From an uncultured Planctomycetales bacterium (lineage in GTDB: Bacteria > Omnitrophota > Gorgyraeia > Zapsychrales > Fredricksoniimonadaceae), in NCBI GenBank assembly GCA_964479285.1, contig CAYZLU010000001.1, positions 1 to 40,168 on the forward strand: a stretch of DNA of 40,168 nucleotides, given 5' to 3'. The notes beneath the pieces are model-generated. The model did not search any database, had not been told where the DNA came from, and saw nothing but the letters and a program-made list of their open reading frames with translations. Positions 7,538-14,573 of the stretch are shown piece by piece (the first letter of the stretch is position 1; every line of letters begins with the position of its first letter). Position numbers and translations under genes: made by a program.

Positions 7538-7595
7538 AGTTGCGGCCGGACTTGAACCGGCGCTCCAAGGCTCTAACCAACTGAGCTACGCAACC
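7538..7595 (-). ncRNA. tRNA-like element lacking an anticodon arm (58 nt).
   Basis: The minus strand reads GGTTGCG TA GCTC AGTTGGTTA GAGC CTTGGAGC GCCGG TTCAAGT CCGGC CGCAACT. It has a 7-bp acceptor stem (one G-U), a canonical D arm and a canonical T arm/T loop. Only 8 nt occupy the position where about 23 nt (anticodon arm plus variable loop) are expected. A T5 run follows. Confidence 0.6.
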
Positions 7596-7604
7596 AAAAT
7601 TTAT

Positions 7605-7751
7605 TTATATGTCTTGTACGAAATATGCATCTCTAACAGTAGAAGACTGTAAAGTCTTTGTTTCAAGATCACTATTTTCTTTTTCTAGTTTTTTCATGCA
7701 CTTAATTATATCTGCTAGAGTCATCTCAGTAGGATCATAGTCATCATTCAT
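7605..7751 (-). CDS. Small hypothetical protein (48 aa, below the track threshold).
   Basis: Hand-translated as MNDDYDPTEMTLADIIKCMKKLEKENSDLETK... It starts 7 nt after the upstream stop and ends 10 nt before the tRNA-like element. Confidence 0.3.
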   Translation of the reverse strand: MNDDYDPTEMTLADIIKCMKKLEKENSDLETKTLQSSTVRDAYFVQDI

Positions 7752-7758
7752 AAACAGC

Positions 7759-7941
7759 CTATTTATGCATCTTTTTGAGGGTTTCCGCCAGGCGGGCGCG
7801 CTTAGCTGTAGTCGGATTTTTGCTATGCTCAGCTTTCTTTAGCTTAGCGGAAGGGATCCTCTCGCCATCTTTGACACCTAGAGTCTTTCTGAGTGCTCCT
7901 GGGTGCTTGATTGCGCCTTTAATCCAATTGTCTTTTGTCAT
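7759..7941 (-). CDS. Small basic hypothetical protein.
   Basis: 60-aa ORF: KGAIKHPGALRKTLGV...KRARLAETLKK. Confidence 0.5.
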   Translation of the reverse strand: MTKDNWIKGAIKHPGALRKTLGVKDGERIPSAKLKKAEHSKNPTTAKRARLAETLKKMHK

Positions 7942-7947
7942 TTATCC

Positions 7948-8196
7948 TCAGTTTTGTTTTTTCCAATAAAGAACTTTACAATCGGGTTTGAGTCTTAAAC
8001 CATCCCATAACTCGCCACAACTCCACCCGCTCATTGTATTTGTCTCGGTTTTAAGATGCATTAAATCGCAGTCAGCCGGTAAATACTTACTCGCATCAGC
8101 CCAAGAGTCAAAATCATATTCAATATCTCGATAGCTGAAAAGTCGCTCTTTGCCGGTCTTACTATCGACAATGCGATCTTTACCAACTTTAAGCAT
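7948..8196 (-). CDS. Hypothetical protein (82 aa).
   Basis: ORF in the operon; no motif recognised. Confidence 0.5.
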   Translation of the reverse strand: MLKVGKDRIVDSKTGKERLFSYRDIEYDFDSWADASKYLPADCDLMHLKTETNTMSGWSCGELWDGLRLKPDCKVLYWKKQN

Positions 8197-8328
8197 TTAC
8201 TTTTTACCTTGTTGTTCATAAACTTCTTTTAAAGCTTGAGAGTAGATTTTAAACCACTCATTAACATACTCGGGATTTGGATCAACTGGAATCACATTTT
8301 TATCTAAAGTAACTCTTATGCCGTACAA
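8197..8328 (-). CDS. Possible small ORF (43 aa, TTG start).
   Basis: Hand-translated. It fills the 8197..8333 gap and its TAA abuts the ATG at 8196. The non-ATG start keeps confidence low. Confidence 0.25.
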   Translation of the reverse strand: MYGIRVTLDKNVIPVDPNPEYVNEWFKIYSQALKEVYEQQGKK

Positions 8329-8333
8329 ATCGC

Positions 8334-8813
8334 TCAAGATGGCGTCCTCTTATTGCGTTGTACTTCGTCTAAAACTTTTTGTCTTTCTTCTTCGTTGGCT
8401 CTAGCCTCGCTTTTAAGGGCGGAAGCCTTGCGAAGCTCATTAGCATCGGCGTCTTTATCTTCTTCGTCTCTGACTTCTGGATCATACATCCTCAAATATC
8501 TATGTGCTATTGATTGATTAACTGTTCCATCTATATAACGTACAGCTAAAAGAGTTCGAGCTCTTTCGTAATACCAAGAGAACTCTGGCTTATCCCTAAA
8601 TAGTTCCCATTGCTTTCTAATGAATCCTTCAGCAGTATACCAATCGCAGAATCTAGCCCTAAGAGCTTCGCCCTTTTTCTGTTTTTCAGATGCCCACTCT
8701 ACCAGTTTTTTACCTAGCTCAATAAGCTCATTTTTTTCAGGTATAGCTGACCTAGGTCTACCCCCTCCATAGCTTGGATGTCCCTTCTCCATGCATTCTT
8801 TAGGTAATGGCAT
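8334..8813 (-). CDS. Putative terminase small subunit.
   Basis: 159 aa. The N-terminus reads GGGRPRSAIPEKNELIELGKKLVEWA. There is a helical core and an acidic/basic C-terminal tail. It lies upstream of terL on the same strand. Similarity is by pattern only. Confidence 0.4.
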   Translation of the reverse strand: MPLPKECMEKGHPSYGGGRPRSAIPEKNELIELGKKLVEWASEKQKKGEALRARFCDWYTAEGFIRKQWELFRDKPEFSWYYERARTLLAVRYIDGTVNQSIAHRYLRMYDPEVRDEEDKDADANELRKASALKSEARANEEERQKVLDEVQRNKRTPS

Positions 8814-8998
8814 TATTGTATCTCCAAATGTATCTTGATTTGAATATCTTCCGGCTCACCTTCAAAGTTCTTCTTAGCTGTTTCAATACACATCCAGATA
8901 ACTGGGTCTTCGCGACAGACTGAAAAAGCCTCATAGATAAGAAACTTATATCTGAAAGTACGTTCGGAATCTTTTAAAATAACTGTTAGCTCACTCAT
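8813..8998 (-). CDS. Hypothetical protein (61 aa); first gene of the leftward operon.
   Basis: The ORF has an ATGA-type overlap with the downstream gene. Confidence 0.5.
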   Translation of the reverse strand: MSELTVILKDSERTFRYKFLIYEAFSVCREDPVIWMCIETAKKNFEGEPEDIQIKIHLEIQ

Positions 8999-9172
8999 AG
9001 CCTCAAATTAGAAAAACAAATTATTTTAGTCAAGATAAAGAGAAAAAGCTTTACTTAAAATGCTAGCTTATGCTATCTTTAACCTATCAAAGCAAGCTCC
9101 CTGGTGACTGCGCCAACAAAAGCAGCAGGTTGAGCGGCTGAGATAAGTAATAAAATTAAAAGGAGATTAAAA
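8999..9172. promoter_or_regulatory. Divergent intergenic control region.
   Basis: A 174-nt gap separates divergently oriented operons. A weak sigma70-like candidate is TTACTT-17-TATCTT (9051..9079, +). A strong SD (AAGGAG) precedes 9173. Confidence 0.35.
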
Positions 9173-9412
9173 ATGAATAACTTGCCTTCACAAGTACAAA
9201 TTGGCGGGAAACTTTTTAGGCCGCGATGGAAATCAGAGCACAACGGAGATTCTTACGCTACTATATCAAGTCCTTTCAATGATGAATTTTTTAAGAAAAA
9301 CAAGAGGATTACAGTTGATTCCTTTATACAAAGAGAAAACTACAATATGAATCTTTGCTACATCTCAGACATAAATGACGATGGCGAAATTTGCATAAGA
9401 CAAGATTTATAA
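9173..9412 (+). CDS. Hypothetical protein (79 aa).
   Basis: ORF with an AAGGAG SD. Confidence 0.6.
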   Translation: MNNLPSQVQIGGKLFRPRWKSEHNGDSYATISSPFNDEFFKKNKRITVDSFIQRENYNMNLCYISDINDDGEICIRQDL

Positions 9413-9426
9413 AAAGGGTATAAAGA

Positions 9427-9762
9427 ATGGAAAATAAAGAAACCGTAAGATACGCAGAAATCAAAGGCAAAGGCATCAAAAAAGGATGCAGAAAAGAGGA
9501 TTGGCTTTTTGTCAGTGCATGGGGAAGAACAGAAGAAGAGCTCTACGAGAAGCTAAATGAAGCCGTTAAAAAAGAGGTTAGTAAGTATAAGAGCTACACA
9601 TTTCGCGAAAAGTTCCTAGTAATGAACGCGGAATTAAATCACGGAATATTTGGCGAAAGTCTTTGTCATTTGGTGTATGTAGGGCAAAACCTGGGTGAGG
9701 AATACAATGCAGTGTGGCATAATTTTAGTGATTACTTTCATAAAAAAGAACAGGTGGTATAA
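9427..9762 (+). CDS. Hypothetical protein (111 aa).
   Basis: ORF, same-strand operon. Confidence 0.6.
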   Translation: MENKETVRYAEIKGKGIKKGCRKEDWLFVSAWGRTEEELYEKLNEAVKKEVSKYKSYTFREKFLVMNAELNHGIFGESLCHLVYVGQNLGEEYNAVWHNFSDYFHKKEQVV

Positions 9763-10007
9763 TGGAAAAATACGTACAAGATTTGACTGAAGAGGAAAAA
9801 GACCAGTTTAATAACCATTTTTATAATGAGTGTGGGCCAACCTCTAAAACAGATCAAGATAGCCCGTGTCCTTGGGGCTCTCCTTGGTATTGGGCGGCCA
9901 CTGAAATCTTAAAGGGTGAAACAATTCAAGAAATGGCAGAAAATTTCTATAAGAAAGTTGAAGGAGAAATGTTAGACTTACTTAAAGAAGAGGAGGAAGA
10001 AGATTAA
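9762..10007 (+). CDS. Acidic hypothetical protein (81 aa).
   Basis: ORF with a TAATG overlap with the upstream gene. The C-terminus is EEEEED. Confidence 0.55.
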   Translation: MEKYVQDLTEEEKDQFNNHFYNECGPTSKTDQDSPCPWGSPWYWAATEILKGETIQEMAENFYKKVEGEMLDLLKEEEEED

Positions 10008-10069
10008 AAAGCAAATTTCCTTTCGCATTGAAGAAAAAATGTTTCGTGAATTTACCGCTAAATTAAAAA

Positions 10070-10099
10070 GAGAGTCAAAATCATTGACTCTCTTTTTTC
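10070..10099. terminator. Bidirectional rho-independent terminator.
   Basis: A 9-bp stem (gagagtcaa / ttgactctc, 10070..10092) is flanked by an A-run upstream and T6 downstream. It lies between convergent genes. Confidence 0.7.
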
Positions 10100-10133
10100 A
10101 AAATGTGATTAAGGAATTTTTAGATAAAAAACC

Positions 10134-10373
10134 TTAGTCGAACGTAGCTAGTATAGATACTTCATCGATCACGAGGAGTTTTTCGCCCTCGTGTTCGATT
10201 TCGACTCCATAATGTTTTTCAAGGTAAATCATATCTCCTGCTTTAACTTTGGTTATTTCATCGCCGGTCGCAATAACTTCAAATTGATTGGGTTTTTGAT
10301 TTGTTAAAATTAGGGTTCCTGGTTTAGGCGCTACAGGCCTTACAAGTAATCTTTTTCCGACTGGGGTAAGCAT
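10134..10373 (-). CDS. groES: GroES-like co-chaperonin (Cpn10 family).
   Basis: MLTPVGKRLLVRPV...FEVIATGDE..VKAGDMIYLEKHYGVEIEHEGEKLLVIDEVSILA follows the Cpn10 pattern. The ATG at 10373 has AAGGA upstream. The track ORF extends to 10430. Confidence 0.65.
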   Translation of the reverse strand: MLTPVGKRLLVRPVAPKPGTLILTNQKPNQFEVIATGDEITKVKAGDMIYLEKHYGVEIEHEGEKLLVIDEVSILATFD

Positions 10374-10414
10374 GTTTTTTCCTTTGTTTGGCTTTAATGA
10401 ATTTTTAAATACCT

Positions 10415-10443
10415 TTGCAAATAAATGCAAGATGAATTATGAT
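10415..10443 (+). promoter_or_regulatory. Candidate sigma70-type promoter.
   Basis: TTGCAA (10415..10420), 17 nt, TATGAT (10438..10443). The -35 is part of the inverted repeat TTGCA-N6-TGCAA. Confidence 0.45.
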
Positions 10444-10469
10444 AGTTGATCATTAAACGGAGGTTACCG

Positions 10470-10694
10470 ATGGCGATCATGTATCAACTAGATTTTTTTA
10501 CACCTGAAAAAACTGAAATTGAGTTTATAAAAGATCATGTAAAAGAAGTTAAAGAAAGCTCTGAAAAAGTTAGAAAGGGGTTATTTGCGCGTCATAGTGA
10601 GCTAGCGCGCAAATACATAGAGCTGCATGATAGATTGCAGATTTTAGAAAAGAATATTTGTCGCGGAGAGGTTAGTAAATTATCTCAACTCTGA
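10470..10694 (+). CDS. Hypothetical protein (about 74 aa).
   Basis: The ATG at 10470 has GGAGG 6 nt upstream. The track ORF starts at a TTG at 10446. Confidence 0.5.
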   Translation: MAIMYQLDFFTPEKTEIEFIKDHVKEVKESSEKVRKGLFARHSELARKYIELHDRLQILEKNICRGEVSKLSQL

Positions 10695-11049
10695 CACCGT
10701 ACTCTTTACTTTTTATTTGATTACAACCGATGGTGATTCTTTTATCACTATCGGCTTTTCCGGCACGATACTCGCCCGTGATAATAGCACATACGGCATC
10801 AACAATATATTTTAAGCTCATGGGCAAATTATCAAACTCGTCAAGCTCATTTGGGGCTAATCTTGTGAGCATAAGCCGGCACGGCAGTTTTATTTTATCT
10901 TTCAGAGGATGAAGACAAAGCGCGACGATTCTTTGCTGGTCCTTATGCCGCCCATGCTTTTTCTGCCAGGGCTCAAAGCAATTCGCTTCGCTGACGGTCT
11001 TGATGGGGAGGTCTAAAATGACCTTCCCCTCCAAGATTTCCGATTTCAT
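10672..11049 (-). CDS. rusA: RusA-like Holliday junction resolvase.
   Basis: LDLPIKTVSEAN...W.KKH..HK.Q, then DEFDNLPMSLKYIVDAV...DSD, resembles the RusA D-x-DN...K...D acidic motif. The internal ATG at 11049 gives about 125 aa. The track ORF is 195 aa from 11259. Confidence 0.5.
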   Translation of the reverse strand: MKSEILEGKVILDLPIKTVSEANCFEPWQKKHGRHKDQQRIVALCLHPLKDKIKLPCRLMLTRLAPNELDEFDNLPMSLKYIVDAVCAIITGEYRAGKADSDKRITIGCNQIKSKEYGVRVEIIY

Positions 11050-11173
11050 GCTTATTTTGTGCACAGAGCGTTTTTTTCCTTTGCCCCCTATCTTCTCATT
11101 ACTCGATACCAGATCGTGCCTTGTAGGGGTGTTACTGATTGAAATAGGGGTATCCTGATTAGTGTTTGCAGGA

Positions 11174-11479
11174 TCAAAACGGCAAGTCGTCGTTTTTTTG
11201 CGCAACGTATCCTCCTTTTTGATCCCAATCCCTGTTTTCAAGAAATGCTTTGATTTCATCGGCCAAAAAATTGCTGTCTTGTGAAAAAGCTTTCAAATAT
11301 TTCTTATCTCCGTTTTTTTTCACTGCCGCGGAAATTTCGGACCAAAACATACCGCCATTTTGCATTTTCTTGCGAACATACGTAACGCGGTACTTGCTAT
11401 CAAAACACAGCACTACCGACTCGGCGATATACTGGTCTTCGGGATAAACTTCATGGCTTACAAAATCAAATACACTCAT
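11174..11479 (-). CDS. Hypothetical protein (101 aa).
   Basis: ORF in the replication operon. Confidence 0.55.
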   Translation of the reverse strand: MSVFDFVSHEVYPEDQYIAESVVLCFDSKYRVTYVRKKMQNGGMFWSEISAAVKKNGDKKYLKAFSQDSNFLADEIKAFLENRDWDQKGGYVAQKNDDLPF

Positions 11480-11503
11480 TTTTTCCTCTTATCTTGTTTT
11501 TTT

Positions 11504-12010
11504 CTAAAAAAGTTCTGGCCGTCTATCCGGCCCGTCAAAGCGCACACAGCGGTCTGATGCCACTCGACTTACAAAAGCATCCCCAAACATTTCCCTCATT
11601 GTTTGAGAATTCAAATTAGTAGTTATTATCGTTCCTTTCGTTGTTTTCATTTTATGCCTTTTGTCAGCGATAATGTAAAGAAACTCCATGAAAGCTTCCG
11701 TTGGTCTTGTAGTGCCTAGATCGTCAATCACCAAGAGAGGGGCCTTAAGAATTTCGCTTAGGAGGTAGTCCGTGGATTGATATTTTGCATAGGAGTTTTG
11801 CCATTTCATCTTCAAATCGGCTTGATTCCAAAACATGTTATCCCCGCAAGGATGATAAAATTTTCCAAAGATCGCCTCAGCCGTGAAAGTTTTACCATTT
11901 CCGTTTTTGCCAGAGATGAGGAAAAAACCCAGAGGATTTTTGACAAAATCGTTGACGTGCTTTACAAATTCGTCCGGCTTTTCGTTTATCTCGCTCAATT
12001 TTGGGTACAC
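11504..12010 (-). CDS. DnaC/IstB-like AAA+ helicase loader.
   Basis: Walker A is ISGKNGNGKT and Walker B is LLVIDDLG. The GTG at 12010 has GGGAGG 8 nt upstream and sits 1 nt after the upstream TAG. The track ORF extends to 12142. Confidence 0.7.
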   Translation of the reverse strand: MYPKLSEINEKPDEFVKHVNDFVKNPLGFFLISGKNGNGKTFTAEAIFGKFYHPCGDNMFWNQADLKMKWQNSYAKYQSTDYLLSEILKAPLLVIDDLGTTRPTEAFMEFLYIIADKRHKMKTTKGTIITTNLNSQTMREMFGDAFVSRVASDRCVRFDGPDRRPELF

Positions 12011-12011
12011 T

Positions 12012-12833
12012 CTAGAACCTCCCTGAGTGGGGGCTTTCGACGGGGTTGCCGTTGATGTCTTTGGTGCGTCTATCTTGCGGAGTGCCTGCGGAAGCAGATC
12101 GGTAAGCTTTTTTGTTCTCGATTGAGTCGTTTGCACGGCCAAACCATCCTGTTAAATATTTTCTCCATTGCTTTTTATTGCTCTTGGAGGGGTTATTCTT
12201 TAGCCACTGCGCCGCTTTCAGCGTTTCAACTTTCAGGTCGATATGCGGGTACATGATGCGCCAATCCGCTACGTCTTTTTCCTCAATGCCCTCAAACTCT
12301 AATTTTTGGAAATTGAAAGTCAATAAATCTTTTGCACGAATCGGCGAAGCCGGATGAGTGTCGGCGCTCCGCGCATCTTCTTGAGATATATCGTAAGATA
12401 TATCTCTTCTTCTTTCTTGTTCATGGTTACCCGTTGGTTGGTCGTTGGTTAGTCGTTGGTTAACGCGTTGGTTAGCGACTTCCGGATTTATGTCATAAAT
12501 CGTTGATTTGCATAGGTTTACCAAAGTGCCTTTGATGGTTATGTTGATGGTTGATTTTTCACGTTCAAAAAATCTTTTTCCATTTGAAATAATCTTTACG
12601 TAATTAAACTCCACCAATTTATCCAAAGCTGTTCGAAAATTTTGACGGGTTAAAGAAGGCTCTAAATCTGAGCAACCGATTAGAGCATCTCCAATAATCA
12701 AACCATCAGGAGCACCATTAAATCGACGAGCTCTAGTGGCTATAAGAGAAAGTAATAGGAAAGCGTTTGAGTGGTTAAGTAATAACCATTGAAGCTCATC
12801 ACAAGGATAAAACTTTATGAACCTTTCACTCAT
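12012..12833 (-). CDS. Putative replication initiator or replisome organiser (winged-helix N-terminus).
   Basis: 273 aa, immediately upstream of the DnaC-like loader. It contains four DNA iterons in its middle, as in the lambda O/ori arrangement. The protein-family call is by position and pattern only. Confidence 0.5.
   Translation of the reverse strand: MSERFIKFYPCDELQWLLLNHSNAFLLLSLIATRARRFNGAPDGLIIGDALIGCSDLEPSLTRQNFRTALDKLVEFNYVKIISNGKRFFEREKSTINITIKGTLVNLCKSTIYDINPEVANQRVNQRLTNDQPTGNHEQERRRDISYDISQEDARSADTHPASPIRAKDLLTFNFQKLEFEGIEEKDVADWRIMYPHIDLKVETLKAAQWLKNNPSKSNKKQWRKYLTGWFGRANDSIENKKAYRSASAGTPQDRRTKDINGNPVESPHSGRF
12432..12473. repeat. Four tandem iterons CGTTGGTT(A/G); candidate replication origin.
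   Basis: cgttggtt occurs at 12432, 12443, 12454 and 12466, with spacing of 11, 11 and 12 bp. Confidence 0.6.
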
Positions 12834-12927
12834 AGCACCTCACAAAAAGTCTTGCGAAATTTGGCAGCGGGTGCTATGATAGAGACATACAGTTTGTTTC
12901 TACCGAAGCGGCCCTCTGCTTCACATA

Positions 12928-12956
12928 AAATGCCCCGATTTGCACTCGGGGCATTT
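12928..12956 (-). terminator. Hairpin, probably an intrinsic terminator or attenuator.
   Basis: An 11-bp stem (aaatgccccga / tcggggcattt) with a 7-nt loop. On the minus strand it is followed by a T-rich tract. It lies between 13005..13286 and the initiator gene. Confidence 0.45.
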
Positions 12957-13004
12957 CCGTTTTCAAATGTATCATATTTCGTCGATGCTAAGCAATAGAG
13001 TTTT

Positions 13005-13286
13005 CTACTCATTTGACTGCGCCCCAAACATATCGATCTCAAAGTTTTCATCGTTTTCTATGACGTGAATGAGATTCAAAAACATGAGTGGCAAAAGAAG
13101 ATTTTTGAAAACTGTTGGTGAAATCATATAATCTTTTCTTATTTCTTTCTTTTTCACAAGAAAGATATTCTTTTGCTTATTTTTCCATATTTGCACGTAC
13201 AGAAACGCCGACTTTGGACAGCTCTTCAATACGCGCATAAAATATTTTGAAGGGGGAAAATCACTATATTCTTTCATAATCCTCAA
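13005..13286 (-). CDS. Hypothetical protein (93 aa).
   Basis: First ORF downstream of the operator/promoter at about 13450..13479. Confidence 0.5.
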   Translation of the reverse strand: MRIMKEYSDFPPSKYFMRVLKSCPKSAFLYVQIWKNKQKNIFLVKKKEIRKDYMISPTVFKNLLLPLMFLNLIHVIENDENFEIDMFGAQSNE

Positions 13287-13416
13287 TATTTAAGTTGTTT
13301 TTTTTTCGAGGAAAACTTAAGCTCATTAGTGAACGTCGCCTTTCCTCGAATTTGTGGCTATTTACGCTAAAAATTCTCCTAGAAAGTTAACGTTTATTCA
13401 TATTCTAGTCTTTATT

Positions 13417-13446
13417 TGACACGGCTGATTGGCGTCAGCCGTGTCA
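13417..13446. other. Strong hairpin (12-bp stem).
   Basis: tgacacggctga-ttggcg-tcagccgtgtca. There is no U-tract on either strand. It would lie in the 5' leader of the leftward transcript. Confidence 0.5.
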
Positions 13447-13449
13447 CCC

Positions 13450-13479
13450 TTTCATAAATTTATGAAATATTATTTTCAA
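13450..13479 (-). promoter_or_regulatory. Candidate promoter overlapped by a perfect 18-bp palindromic operator.
   Basis: The palindrome TTTCATAAATTTATGAAA is at 13450..13467. On the minus strand, TTGAAA (13479..13474), 17 nt, TATGAA (13456..13451). Confidence 0.45.
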
Positions 13480-13535
13480 TGACTTTCTTTACAAAAAATT
13501 GCCCCTTTAAAGACAACCCCTAGAGATGGAAAGAG

Positions 13536-13778
13536 TTAGCGATCATTTTTATCTAATATTTTTTTAGATTCCTTAGTCACCCTATCAGATTGATCGAGCC
13601 AGTCATATAGAGTTATCGCACCTCGGGTATATTGTTCAATCTTGTAAGCTGTTTTAAGGCTCGGGGTGTGGCCATTTTTAAGAATATCATGCAGGGATGA
13701 GTTGCTAATCCCTACCTTTTCTGCGATACAAAATTTTTTCTTGTCGTTATTTCTGATCCAATTTATGAATTTTTCCAT
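13536..13778 (-). CDS. Cro/CI-type HTH transcriptional regulator.
   Basis: FCIAEKVGISNSSLHDILKNGHTPSLKTAYKIEQYT is a Cro/YdaS-like HTH. The ATG at 13778 is preceded by GGAGG. The track start is 13790. Confidence 0.65.
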   Translation of the reverse strand: MEKFINWIRNNDKKKFCIAEKVGISNSSLHDILKNGHTPSLKTAYKIEQYTRGAITLYDWLDQSDRVTKESKKILDKNDR

Positions 13779-13790
13779 TTTTTCCTCCAT

Positions 13791-13920
13791 AATCTTTTAT
13801 TTTCTTGTATCACTGGCTCGAGGAGAAATCAATGTTTTTGATTTAACAAAGAAAAACCATTGACTTGTATCGACCAGTGTGTAACAATAAGATCATACGT
13901 AGCACAAAAGGAGTGATGCG
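13791..13920. promoter_or_regulatory. Divergent early promoter/operator region.
   Basis: Rightward: TTGACT (13860..13865), 17 nt, AACAAT. Leftward (minus strand): TTGATT, 17 nt, TACAAG. The direct repeat CTTGTATC (13805, 13864) and the inverted pair CACTGG/CCAGTG overlap both -10 regions. Confidence 0.45.
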
Positions 13921-14076
13921 ATGACACAAATAAAGAACGATGAAAGTTTATTTAGCATTCTGGAAAAGATAATGTTATACGGTAATTTTTTGGAAAATAA
14001 TGTGACCATTGAGTTAGAACAAAATATTTACAAACAATACAACCATGTCCAGGATGGAGTTGAGTTGATTAAATAA
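13921..14076 (+). CDS. Small hypothetical protein (51 aa, below the track threshold).
   Basis: Hand-translated as MTQIKNDESLFSILEKIMLYGNFLENNVTIELEQNIYKQYNHVQDGVELIK. AAGGAG lies upstream. Confidence 0.5.
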   Translation: MTQIKNDESLFSILEKIMLYGNFLENNVTIELEQNIYKQYNHVQDGVELIK

Positions 14077-14114
14077 AATAGGGCGCGCCAACGCCCTTAA
14101 AAAAGGAGACTAGA

Positions 14115-14306
14115 ATGAACGTTAACGTAATTGAAGAAGCTATCGCCAATATGGCTTCTACATCACAAGCCCTCGAAAAATATTGCAACGATCCTAAGAA
14201 CTACAATTCTTACGGGTCTCAATTGCTAGAGCAAATGAGCTGGGAGCTTCATAAGAAATCAAATGATCTCAAAGAGTTTCAATATCACTACGGGGTAAAA
14301 TCATGA
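14115..14306 (+). CDS. Hypothetical protein (63 aa).
   Basis: ORF with an AAGGAG SD. Confidence 0.6.
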   Translation: MNVNVIEEAIANMASTSQALEKYCNDPKNYNSYGSQLLEQMSWELHKKSNDLKEFQYHYGVKS

Positions 14307-14482
14307 CATCAACTTATTGGAACCAATGGAGTAGCGCTGAGTTACTGTCTATCCTGGGTGCCCCATCAAGATATCAAAATGACGATCAGGATGATAGTCA
14401 TAATGATAGTGAGAAAGAAAAAGAGCACTGCTGCTCTGGATGCATGTATTGCTTAGATGTTTCTTGGAGAGACTTTTTATAA
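14303..14482 (+). CDS. Small hypothetical protein (59 aa) with a C-terminal Cys cluster.
   Basis: Hand-translated, with an ATGA overlap with the upstream ORF. Contains ...EHCCSGCMYCLDVSWRDFL. Confidence 0.45.
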   Translation: MTSTYWNQWSSAELLSILGAPSRYQNDDQDDSHNDSEKEKEHCCSGCMYCLDVSWRDFL

Positions 14483-14573
14483 GGAGTCGGGGGAGACCGC
14501 CTCCCCCGTAATGAAATAACTAGCACTAAACGTCAATATCATCAAAACCTAAATTTAAAGGAAGGAAATTTTT

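Noticed and set aside
7538-7595. tRNA-like element as a phage attachment (attP) core.
   Set aside because: No integrase or recombinase is recognisable anywhere. The element keeps both the 5' and 3' tRNA halves, whereas an attP core would normally hold only a 3' segment.
12830-13051. 73-aa minus-strand ORF between the 93-aa gene and the initiator gene.
   Set aside because: It overlaps the 13005..13286 ORF and spans the 11-bp-stem hairpin at 12928..12956. Its composition is not protein-like. The region is better explained as a terminator plus leader.
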